This document shows positions 23,765 to 35,700 of a DNA stretch of 64,000 nucleotides, one piece after another. Source of the DNA: Saccostrea cucullata (lineage: Eukaryota). Position 1 is the stretch's first letter; each line of letters begins with the position of its first letter. A model generated the notes under the pieces. That model was not told the origin of the DNA. It searched no databases and saw only the letters and a list, made by a program, of their open reading frames with translations. The position numbers were made by a program, and so were the translations under genes. Location of the stretch: positions 310,001-374,000 of the forward strand of contig NW_026940631.1 of the NCBI RefSeq assembly GCF_032062105.1, given 5' to 3'.

Positions 23765-26700
23765 ATGTCTGGATCTCTTTCGGTGGTTTCCTTTGAAGGG
23801 GAACTGAATGCTGTTGTGCAGGAGGCAAGTATTTAAGATTGAATTCACATATTTTTTTTTTAAAAATTGTAATCTTGGTAGTTGGTAAATAAAATAAATT
23901 CATGAAAATATTCTATGCACTCATGTTTAGATTGTTATGTTTAAATCATCATGTAAATATTGATTAATATTCAAAGTTTGTCACAGATATCATAGGTTAT
24001 TAAAGATACATTACCTAGTTCGTATTGTTTGAAAAATTCTTTTAAAATTTTTTCTTTTTCATTTCAGTATCTAGAGTTTAGTGGCTTTGATAAATGTACA
24101 TCAGTGTTCCTCAAGGAATGTGAGCAGAAAAGCAAACCTATAGCAACTCACAGTATCAAATCCAAATCCAATCAAAAATTAGTCGCAATTCAGGTAATTT
24201 CTCAAACATGTCAAATAGTATTGAATCCAATCTCAAAAAGATCTCAGAAAGATGTTAATCAACATTAACATCAAGATAATTTTTACAGACTGAAAATGCG
24301 AACATGTTGAAATTGGGTTTTTATGCTACATACCAAGTTATTTTCTTGATTGAGAAAATTTCCTTGTTTTGAAGTAAAGATGCAATAATTTTTTTTGCTT
24401 GTATCTAAATATTACATATTTCATTGTTGGTTATCATCAGAAGATTTGCTATCAAGAATTAGTCACCTGAATATGAAAACAAAAAATAATACACTGTCAA
24501 AATAACAGGATATACACAATTATATTATTTTTTTTCACATGTAAGTTTGATTGAGAAGTATTCTTTGTTACAGGAATTGTTGTACATTCACCTGTCACTT
24601 ATTATATGTACTAGCTGGAACTTTGTTCTCCCTCTTTGACAGAATGAATTGATGCAACACTTCCACAAAGGAAGGAGGGAGAAATTTTTCAAAGAATGGA
24701 ATGACAGCCTCCATCCCTCTATCAGAGATGGGGACGCAGTGGCAAAGAAGCTGGAGTTCTACCTGAACATTTACTTTGCAACCTTTCCCATAAAATTTGC
24801 CAGAGGACAGGTAAAGCATGCAGCTTATGTTCAATTTATTTCTTTAATTTTTAAATGAAAATGGAAATAAAAATCTTGTTTGATTCATTTAATTATTTTC
24901 AACATTTTGATATTTATTTAAAGCATTGATGAATGACAATTTTAGCATTAAAACCACTTACGTTTTACTTACTCCTGGGGTAACATGCTAATATTTCAGA
25001 GGGAGGCAGATCGAGCTATGGGAGACTTCAAGAAATATCTGGAGACGAGGGGTGCCTCTCTAAGTCAGACCACTGAGTTTCTGCCTTTTTATGCCTTACC
25101 ATTTGTTCCTAATGCCAAGAGTCACCCATCTTACAAAGAAATCTTTACAGTAGGCATTTCTATCAGCAACTTAACATATTCTACAGATTATCATTAAAAT
25201 ATGTACTCCATGATGACAGTAGTCTTATTTGTAGGGAAAATATATGCTGTGTTATAATTCCTGAAACTCTTATTACTTTCTTTACAGGATTCTTGGGTAA
25301 AAGATCTAGAAGTTCGAGTGGAGAAATTTCTCACCCTGACCCTTAAGTCAAGGCCACAACCCAAACTGTTTGAACTTTATGTATCCTTAATTCATAAAAT
25401 GTTTGAGATTTCCAATAGTCACATTTAAACCTCCATAGGACTCTTCAAAATACATTTGTAATCTGATTTCCGGTAATTACTGGTATTGATTTGTATAAAA
25501 GAAAATTTCCTTAACTCTTTATGACAGAGAGGAAGTAAAGATGGAGATGAAACAGGTAAGAAATAGAGAGAAACTAAAAAAAAATCAATATTATAAAGAG
25601 GGGCAGAGTGATACGAGAGTTGTGAATATACAAGTAAATGTGGTTTGAAATTTTGAATATACTGTGCCTGGATGTACAGTAGAGGGACCCTTTTTTGGGC
25701 ACATGGTTAATTCTTGAAAAACCCCCAAGACCTGATTTCATTTCAATAACTTTATAATATTGCTAGTGCTAATACATTTTTGTGGAAAAAGTACATGACC
25801 TACATTTAAAGGTACTTGGACACAGATTTGAAGTTAATATTTTCTCATTTTTTCTGTATAATATCACGAATTATATATTTTAATAGCATTTCACACAAAA
25901 ATTAATTAAAAATTTTATTTCATTTAAAAGTTATTAAAACTTTAAATTTTTTGGCGGGTTTGATTGACACATCCTTGCACTTTCACAAATTTTAACTTTA
26001 TTCTTAATCCTTAGGAAAAGTAGCAATTTTGATGTGTTTTAATGAGAAATATTAAAACTTTTATCAAAAAAAATAATTTTATTCAGAGTAGAAATGTTAG
26101 AAAGCAAAACACCTTCACAAGTATCGTCATTCCGAACTAAGAGATGCGTACAGAGTTTAGCAAATCGAGCACACTCGTGTTATGTACACAGTTTTTGTAA
26201 ACAGGGCTCGAGTTCTGTTATTGTTTATATTTAGAATTCACCGTGTGCGTTCAATCGTCACAGTCTGCTTACTACAACTGCACGGACTGACAATATATTG
26301 TGTGTATGTTTTGCTTTCGAACGTGTCTACTCTGAATTTTCTGGATTATAGTATTAATATTTTTCATTTATACAAAACGAGATTGCCACTTTTCCTAAGG
26401 ATTAAGAATAAAATTAAATTTGTGAGAGTGCAAGGATATGTCAATCAAACCCGCCGAAAAATTTGAAATTTCAATATCTTTTAAACGAAATAAGATTTTT
26501 AATTAATTTTTGTGCGAAATGCTATTAAAATATATAAGTCGTAATATTATAGAGAAAATAATAACTTCAAATCTGTGTCCAAGTACCTTTAACATGTACT
26601 AAAATTTTCATACAGCATGGAAGGAAAAAAAGAATTCAAATGTTTTATTTTTAAAGCTATCCTTTGTTACATCAATAGTATTATAGTTAAAAAAAATCGC

Positions 26701-29700
26701 TGATGTCGTTTTTGTTAATAATAATTTCTGCAGACCAATTTCAACAAATATCTCGCCTGCAACAACAACTGGTGGACTCGGAGCGTAAAACAATGTCTTA
26801 CATAAAGCGCCACAATCGAGTACAGGTAAAGATAAAAAATGTCTTCACATGGCACAGAGCACCTTAAGCACCTGTTGTATAGAGGAGTCAAGGGAGGAAA
26901 TCTGATGCTGTTTCAGGATACTGTCTCTGTGCATTCACTCTGTATACTAACGTTTAGTTCAATGGGGATCTTAGCTGTTGTATGCTATTATTTTGTTACT
27001 AACACAGTCTGTTCTTATTTTGGTCTGTCTGTGGGAAAACAGTCAGCTTTGGGGTAAGTTTTATCACCAGAGACAAAATTCCAAGAGTTCTAAATGATTT
27101 TGTTGAAAAGTATAGTGTAAATCTTCCAATATTTTAATGTGAAAAATATTTGTAAAATTCAGATTTTGTCTTTGGTGTCTTCAGTTTGATTTTGATTTTT
27201 GACATTTTAAGCTGCACATTACTAGAGTGTTAGAGAGTATTTTAGGCAGATTGCTATCATTGTTTCCAACTCCCTGTAATCTTCAGATAAGCACAATTTT
27301 AAAGACAGGATACTATTTACATGTAGCTGAAGTTGACTTCTGTTCTCTATAAATTTATTTATTTTTACTTATTTTTAGTACTTCTATTATTTTCATTATC
27401 ATTTTGGCTTTATTTTTTTTGGTTTTTATATAAAGACTTATTCCAAGTTTACTTAATATTGTACATGTACAATTAAAACTAGGATTAATTTTAAACATTG
27501 AATTTTGCTGACTGATTTCTTTCTACATGTACATGTATATAAAGGATTGTTTCAATTGTTGATCTATCAATGAATCATTAACTTATATTACACTGTACAC
27601 AGATGTCATGTACATGTACATGTATAGGTAGAGAATTACTTTAACTAATTGAAAATTTTCTGTGATATCCATTGCTTCCGCTAAGTACATGTACCTGGTT
27701 TACTGTTTAGGGAGTAAATGTTCTTAAATATTTGTTATAGTTCCTTTTTTTAATGGAGGAAAATAATTTTAGGCTGATTACCACAACTTGATTGGAATTA
27801 CAGCAGACTTGGTAGATGCTCTAGAGTCCACTGTTCAAGGAAAGCCGGTAAGATTTATCTATCATTTACACTTAAGTTGATAATCAGACATTTAATAATG
27901 ATTCATTAGTATGTCTCTGATAGATTTTGTTGTCACAGATCTGTAATATATAGATAATATATTTAACAGAATATTGGAATTTCTGCATTATGTGTACTCT
28001 GAACAGCTGTATCTATAATATTAGTACAAACTTCTGTTTCCTTATTAAATAATCTGTTGTATAGATGAATATAAACCCCACATGGCGATTTTGGTTGATA
28101 AGTTAAGGTACTGTAAAATTACATGTTTTCATGGGGTCAGAGTTTTAGAAAAAAAATCTTTTGGTTCGTAGGGATTTGATTTTGAGGATCAAGAATTAAT
28201 GATTACTTAAGTATGTAACATTTCGAGGTGAACATGAATTCGTTGGTCTCGTCATACCTCGAAAACAATGAAAATTAAACCCCCTCGGAAATTTGTAATT
28301 TCGCAGTAATTGTGTCTATTTCAGATAACTCCTGAGTATCTACAGGAGATCTGTTCACGTCTCTTTAGTCACCATGTCTCCGGCTCCGTCGATTTCACAC
28401 GGCCAGGTACAGCTAGTCATTTTCTCCGACAGTCCATTGCACCACAAGTGTAAGTATATCTTACTGGTTTATAAAAACTATAAACATATTTTATTGTAGC
28501 CTTATTAGTACTTCTGAATTTCAGGTGTCTAAAATTAAAATTAATGATGATTGAAGTTGCTAATCCACTTGGATAGTTTTTTTTTCATTTGACTCACTTA
28601 CCAGTATATTTTTTCAACACTATTATTCTTTACTGAATTAAGATGTTCGCAAGTGAGTTAAGGCTTCATATGGAGGTTTCTATGCAAAATATCTAATTAA
28701 ATTCCATAATTGCTCTACCTAACGCACAGAAAATGTTAAGACTTGTTTTATAATACATTCTTGGTACCCACGACATGCGATAGCCAGTACACATTATGAC
28801 GTCATATTATGACGTCATCAACTCTACTACACAAGTTTATAAGAAACATCAACAAAATCGCTTCGGCGCAAGGGCATACCTTACTTTGTTTTACAGAAAC
28901 AAGGTAGAAAAAGACGCAGGATATTCCAAGGATTTAAGATATTGCTGCACAAATGTCGGCACTACAATTGTTCAGTTACTATTCGTGCAGTTTTAAGTTA
29001 AAAAAGGGTAAAAATTCACAGTCCAGTGTAAGTTTCCTAATATTTTTATCGATTAAGAAAGTTCATAGGATTTGTGCAGCAATTTTATTAATTTTAACAA
29101 TATTCTCCTTAATATTATACATTGTTCATTTTGAATTAGATATGTTATGCCCTTGCGCCGACGTGATTTTGTTGATGTGATTTATTACCTTGAATGAGAG
29201 AGAGAAATGACGTCATGATATGACGTCATAATGTGCACTTGCATTAATAAACTGAGGGTACTTAGTTTGTATTAGAAAATCAATTTGATCTTTCTCTGTA
29301 CATAAAATATACAAATTATGAATTTTTATTAGCTCATTTGCATAGAAATATTAATATTTAGCCTTAACTCACTTGCGTTGGTGTGTTGTTTACAGGCAGC
29401 CCATGCAGGAGCCTGATGCCTACCCACCCCTAGACTACACCAAGGTCAAGGATGATCTAGCTAATGGACAATACAAAAGAATAGCTCTACTCCTACAGGC
29501 CATCAGATGGGTGAGATTTATTTAGCAGAAATTATATTTGCCAAGTGTTCCTTTTGCTGAACTGATTTTCAATCTTTCTATTTGGTTCTCTAAAGTAAGA
29601 ATCAGGGGTATCTTTTAAAAATCTTTCAGTTTATGCCAGATTCATAACTCTGGAAAATGTCCTCCTGTAGTAAGCAAAAGTAGGTCTGATTAAAAAAAGG

Positions 29701-32700
29701 GACAGACATTATTTAAAGTACAAGAGTAAAAATTATTAAAAAAAAAAGTTAATTAAATAAAAGTTGCTGTCATTACAGAGGCTGACCCAGTCCAATCCCC
29801 AGCAGAGAGACACGACGATGACGGCGTACAGAGATAATGACCTGTTAGGGTGTGCTAAAGCTGGGGCTCACAGGGTAGGTCTGACGGCTCTAATACAGAG
29901 TACGTGTATGTCTTGTGAATTATCTAGAGTATTATTATTTATTGTGATATCGGAATTACAGACAGCAGTCCTGGGTCTTCTTACCTCCCCTGATGATATG
30001 GTGAAACAGACTGCAGCCAGACTCTTCAATGCATTTGCTTCTCTCTGTGCAGGTCAGGAAATCAATATTTTATAATATATATAGTGGTCAGGAATCACAT
30101 TTACATGTAGTTCTTCATATATCCTGTATTAATTGTTGATTATTACATATGAATGCAGCAGATATAGGTTTCAGTATCAGTATCATTGTGATCAGCAACT
30201 CTTCACTGTATCACACCTTCAGGATAAACGTATTGAATACATCGTACATGCTTTTCAGGGAGAACCTATCTGGCTCAGAACCAGGATATAGGCTCTGTTT
30301 CCATAGTATCAGTATCAGAGAAATTGTGATCAGAAACTCAGTCTTAGGTCACTGTATATCACACCTTCAGGAGAAACTCAGTCTTAGGTATGTAGTCATG
30401 TTAACATTCAGTGTATATCTATCACCAGAGAAATGGTGCTTTTCAGGGAGAACCTATCTGGCTCAGAACCAGGAATTGTTTAAGGCTCTGTTAGACAACC
30501 TCCATAGTGAGGAGAAGGAGTCTATTACCAGAGAGATGGTGTTAGGGGCACTCCAGAAACTCAGTCTTAGGTATGTAGTCATGTTAACATTCAGTGTATA
30601 TCTATCACCAGAGAGATGGTGTTAGGGGCACTCCGTAAACTAGGTCTCAGGTACCCAGTGAGTAGTCACCACATTTCATTCTTTTTAAAATTCAGTTAAC
30701 GTCATTATATTCTTGGATTAATAGTAACAATCTTTGTCATTATTTTATTGTAATTTCCAATTCTTTTGTCTGATCTATGTTTCAGTAGGATTATCTGCGG
30801 TTTTTTTTACAGACGTAACCTGCAGTCCTCTATGATTGATGCTGGGCTGATTGAGTGGCTTGTCAAAGTTCTAGAAGATAATGACAACCTGTCAGATTAC
30901 ACTTTAGAGTACTCCGTGGCTCTTCTCATGAACCTCTGTCTCAGAACGTCAGGTAAGGTCACGCAGTAATCTCATCATCATGAACCTGTGTCTCAGGACA
31001 TTTGTGTGTATTACTATGAAGCGCAATGAAGTGGTAAAATTTTCTGTTTGGATGGAACGTTTTGAGCTATCTTTAGACATGCCCATTTCTTTAGAAAGGA
31101 AAATTCGGTCAAATGATTCAATTGAATACCTGTAGAACAGGTATTTCATAAATATAATAGCCAATGAAATTGACAGTCTAAATAAACACCGAGTAAACAC
31201 GTGTTCGACCAATACATGTATTATTGTAATTACAATCAACATTATAAAATTATAATTATGTGCAAATCCGTTGCAATGCGTGTTTTACATAAGCGGGAAG
31301 TCTATATATAGCTCTTTCTTATTTAAAAATCTTCATTTCATTGTAACTCATGTTGCTTGTCGCGGAAAGTGTAGTGTCCTAAGACATTACGATGAATATT
31401 CCTTTCTCATTTCTAAAGAAATGGGCGTGTCGTTATGTTATAATTGACGTTCAAAACATGACTCAGGACGTTTCATCCAAACGGAAAATTTTACCGCTTC
31501 AGTGCGCTTCATTGTACTCATGAACCTGTCTCTAAATGTATGGCAGTGTTATTCAAGATTTTTTTACTCAGACCTTCAGGTAATGAACCTATTCTATATT
31601 ACCGTATTTGGCCGAGTATAATACGCATTGATGTAAAATACGCACCCCCCTTTTTGAGTCTGAAACTGGGGAAAAAAACGCAGTTCGGATGTATTATACG
31701 CAACAGAAAAATTTACCAAGTGATGTTCTGAACCGGTAATTTGCTACGAAAATCGGCGCGAGGATTAAGTGTCAAAAATTTACTGAACACACTTTTTTCT
31801 AAAATACACACTTTATAACTTCTCTTAATCCTGGCATTCCATATCGCGGCAATCTGGAGAAAATTATTTATTCATTTATTTCAACAAAGTACAAGATAAT
31901 ATTGCGTAAAAGTATTAACAGATTTTTTTAAAGAATAGTTACAGTGATTTTGAAATAATGCGTCGCCGTATTCTTAGATGAAATAATTTTATTTCAACAA
32001 AGCAAGAGATATTGTCGAAAGTTTTATCAATTGTCATATTTAATTTTGGTTCTAGATAATCATGCTGAAAATTATCTTACAATATTTTAACAGGAAACGA
32101 AATTGAAACATCAAAGTATTTATTTCTTTAAGAAGACTACAATTTTCCTCTTCTAAATCTTCGCGGATATCTTATTTTCTAGATGATACCACCTTTATTA
32201 AAAGTTTAAGCATAATTTATTTTTCATTTGTCAACTCTCAATTATTTAAACAAGAGGCCGATAAGTATAAGGTAAGGTAAAATTACATTTAACAAGTGTT
32301 AATTGTTTAAAGTGCCGTAATCAACACATGCTCACCATGCTCACACAAACCGACCCCCTTTTTAACAAAGAAAATAATCAAAGCAATTAACATGGCAGTA
32401 AATAATCAGTGCTGTAACTGTAAAAACATTGCTTTGGAGTCGGTAGACAATTAATTGCCCCGAGGGGTGTTGATAGGTAATTATCATTTGACCAGCGCAC
32501 GTGTGTCACAACATTGGCTTCCTTTCATTGGAACGTATAGAGGGGTGTTAAATATTGTTGCAGATTATCAATGAGTTATTTTAAACCTAAAATTAATATT
32601 TATTGTATTTCATTAAAAAATGATTTATTACTTTGTCTGGCAGATAAGGTGCATGTGCACTATCATTACGGAAACATGACATAAGCATGAGTTAACGTTT

Positions 32701-35700
32701 AACATCAGTAATTCTCGGAGACAATCAACATGCAGCTCAAATTACTTTTAACTTACTTTTTCATATTATTTTGGTATCAAAAGATTGTAAAAGTGACATT
32801 TTTAAGAAGCATACCTTCCAACAATAACTTTCCGAAGTTTAAAATATGGTAATAAACAAAAGAAATTGCATATGTCTCTAGGTAATACTACGGTATGTAC
32901 GTATGATAGCCGTGTTTCACCTGAAAGAAAAACTTGTCAAAATCCCATTGTGATGTAAAATACGCATCCCTTTCTCACAGTAATTTATTTTAGGAAAAAA
33001 GTGCGTATTGTACTCCCCGAAATACGGTAGTTGTCACAAAGGAGAGGACATTGTAAGTTTTCAGAACTTGTTTCTGGTCCTTTTTAAACTATAAAACTGC
33101 AGTATGTTAGAATCAGTAGAGGTTAAATTTAAAACAAAATATTGCTTTTACAAGCTAGCTTCATCTGTTTTAGGCAAAAAGCGTTGTGTGGGAAATGCAC
33201 ACCAGACCCTGAAAGTGCTAAGTGATCTCCTTGGACATGAAAATCAGGAAGTAAGACATGGTTACACAATTTTATAGCATGAAAAAGTTGATGTTCCATG
33301 ATTTAAAAGTGTAGAAGTAGGATATTTATACAAGCTTAAACATTATAACAATGTAGTGAATATACTGAATGTATACATTGACAGATCCGTCCTTATGTAA
33401 ATGGTGCCTTGTACAGCATTTTAGCTATTCCATCCATCAGAGAAGAAGCAAAGGCTATGGTAAGACTATCTTTCTTCCTTATTAAGTGATTTGTGTTTTA
33501 CCATTACGCATGGTTCCAAAAATTGCACCCAAACCCACATCTACATGCGAGCGGTGCGGATCTTGTTATGTGTTGGTGTTAGCAGGCATACTCTCTCTAA
33601 ACGATCCTTGAGTGTGCTCACACCCCCAGATAAGGTCGGTTAAACTATGAATAGGTTCTGTCATAATCTTTAAACTTTTCATACTGTTATAAATTTTAGT
33701 GTTTTAGAATTGTTGCATATTGGTTTGAGCATAAATGGTTGTAGAATGAATAAAACTTTTATACAAGAATTTAAATTTGTAGGTATATATGAGGTTTTTG
33801 AATGAATTTTTCAATAGAATTGAGTTTAAAAAGTAGAATTTTTCTTAAAATGTCAAATAAAATTGCTATGTAAAAATAGTGCTATTTAAAAGGGAGGTAA
33901 TTATAATCAGATGAATTTGAATTATCTTTCTTTGATTTTCTAGGGTATGGAGGAAATTCTGCGATGCTTTATTAAAGATGATCAACCAGATATGAACAGA
34001 CAGATTGAATTTATCATAAAACAGCTGAATTCAGGTATGTCCTTCAGATAAAAGTGAATGTCTATGTTTGCAACAGATGTACATTTAGTCATTTTTAAAA
34101 ACTATTTAAATTCAGACCTGTGAATTTAGAAAAATTCTTGTATTTGATAATGAACACATGATATCTTTGAAAAGAAATTTGAAATAGGCCTTTTATATTA
34201 TTTTATGATTCATTGATATGTATGAAAAAGAGTTTAGAATTAAACGTGTATTAATTACTCTTGGTCCTCAGCGGAGACTGTAGACGAGTACGAATCAGAT
34301 GACGAGGAAGATGACGAAGAAGAGGTCAGTGGGTTTTAAGTTTATTCAATATTCCTTATAGTTTTATAAAGTATTCTATAAAATTAAAAAATATATATAT
34401 TTTACTGTTTGAAATTAGTAATTTGTATGGGTTTTTAATTGGGTTTTGTTTTTTTGTATTCAGAGACCGAAAAGTTTACATCCTCCAGAAAATGTAAACA
34501 TTTCATTCTGCAGTATGTCTCTCCTTTAAACCCCAAAATAAATCCAATTGAATCATTTATTTTCTAACCCCATAAAATATTACCCCACAATTAGGTAAAT
34601 TTACAAACAGTTCAAAAATTATAAATTTATGTACGTTTATAAATGCCAGATAGTACAGGTATTTGACATAATCATTTTTTGTAGGAGGACCAGGATGCCA
34701 TGGAGTTAGATTTAGACAAAGACGAGGACATTCAGATTGATGACAGTGAACCGACGGGAGAGAAATTACTGACAGAGGAATACCAGGCTCTGGCCGGCTC
34801 TGGGAAACCAAAGAAAAAGGTCAGGGCGAGAACTAACAAGAAAGATCACTCCTGAAATGATAATATTTTATTGATGCAGTAATATATGTTGAAGATTTTA
34901 ATAAATGTCAGTGATTGTTTAAAGGATATGCTTTTTTGTTTTATAAATCTGATAAATTATTCTTTTAACTATTTTTAGCATTTTGATGCAGTCATGCATG
35001 AACCTCTCCAGAGACCGATTACTCCAAGTCAACGTCGCGCTACAGAGCATCCGTCAATCATCCAGTGAGTGATCATATATAACACAGAAACAATCAGATT
35101 AACATTCAAAGTATTTACCAGTTATCTAATTTGTTTATCAATTTTTTTAATCTCAATTCAAAAACACAAATTCCTGAGAAGATTTGTATTTATGGATTTA
35201 TTGTAATTTTCATGATCATTAGTTATCGTTCTGTATAATCTTTGGAACTGCAAATATATTTATCCCGCTTCAGACAAATTTGTCGATTACTGATTGGATA
35301 AAAGCTAATCACGTGACGCCCTGAAATTTTCCGTATTACGTCTCCGTTTCCATATTACGTCTCCGTCGAGGCGTAATATGAAAATCGGGCACGCGATTCC
35401 GTTCGAAGCGTTGTGATTGTAAATAAAAATGGCGGCTAAGAAACGGTTAAACGTAGGTAGTTCAGTTAAATTTCTTGTTACCATAACGATATTTTATGTT
35501 GATTGTTATTGGATAAAAACTAATATTTTCATAATATTCACAAATATTTTTTTTATATTGAAAAAGGTCTTCAGCGGGATAAATTCGTTACACAGTCAGT
35601 TAGTGACCTAATATGGATTCATACAGGGTGTGAAATGGAAATCCGTATTGGGACTCGGCTTCGCCTCGCCCAATACGGATTTCCATTTCACACCCTGTAT

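Noticed and set aside
25211-25264. C/D-box snoRNA (ATGATGA...CTGA)
   Set aside because: Only ~54 nt, no terminal stem, and the D box is too close to the acceptor.
27043-27053. AG...GTAAGT micro-exon in an ARMC9 intron
   Set aside because: It is 11 or 7 nt and frameshifting; the flanking exons already join and match homologs.
30149-30625. 158-aa ORF as a single exon
   Set aside because: Only 30447-30570 matches ARMC9; the rest is the mosaic or duplicated segment.
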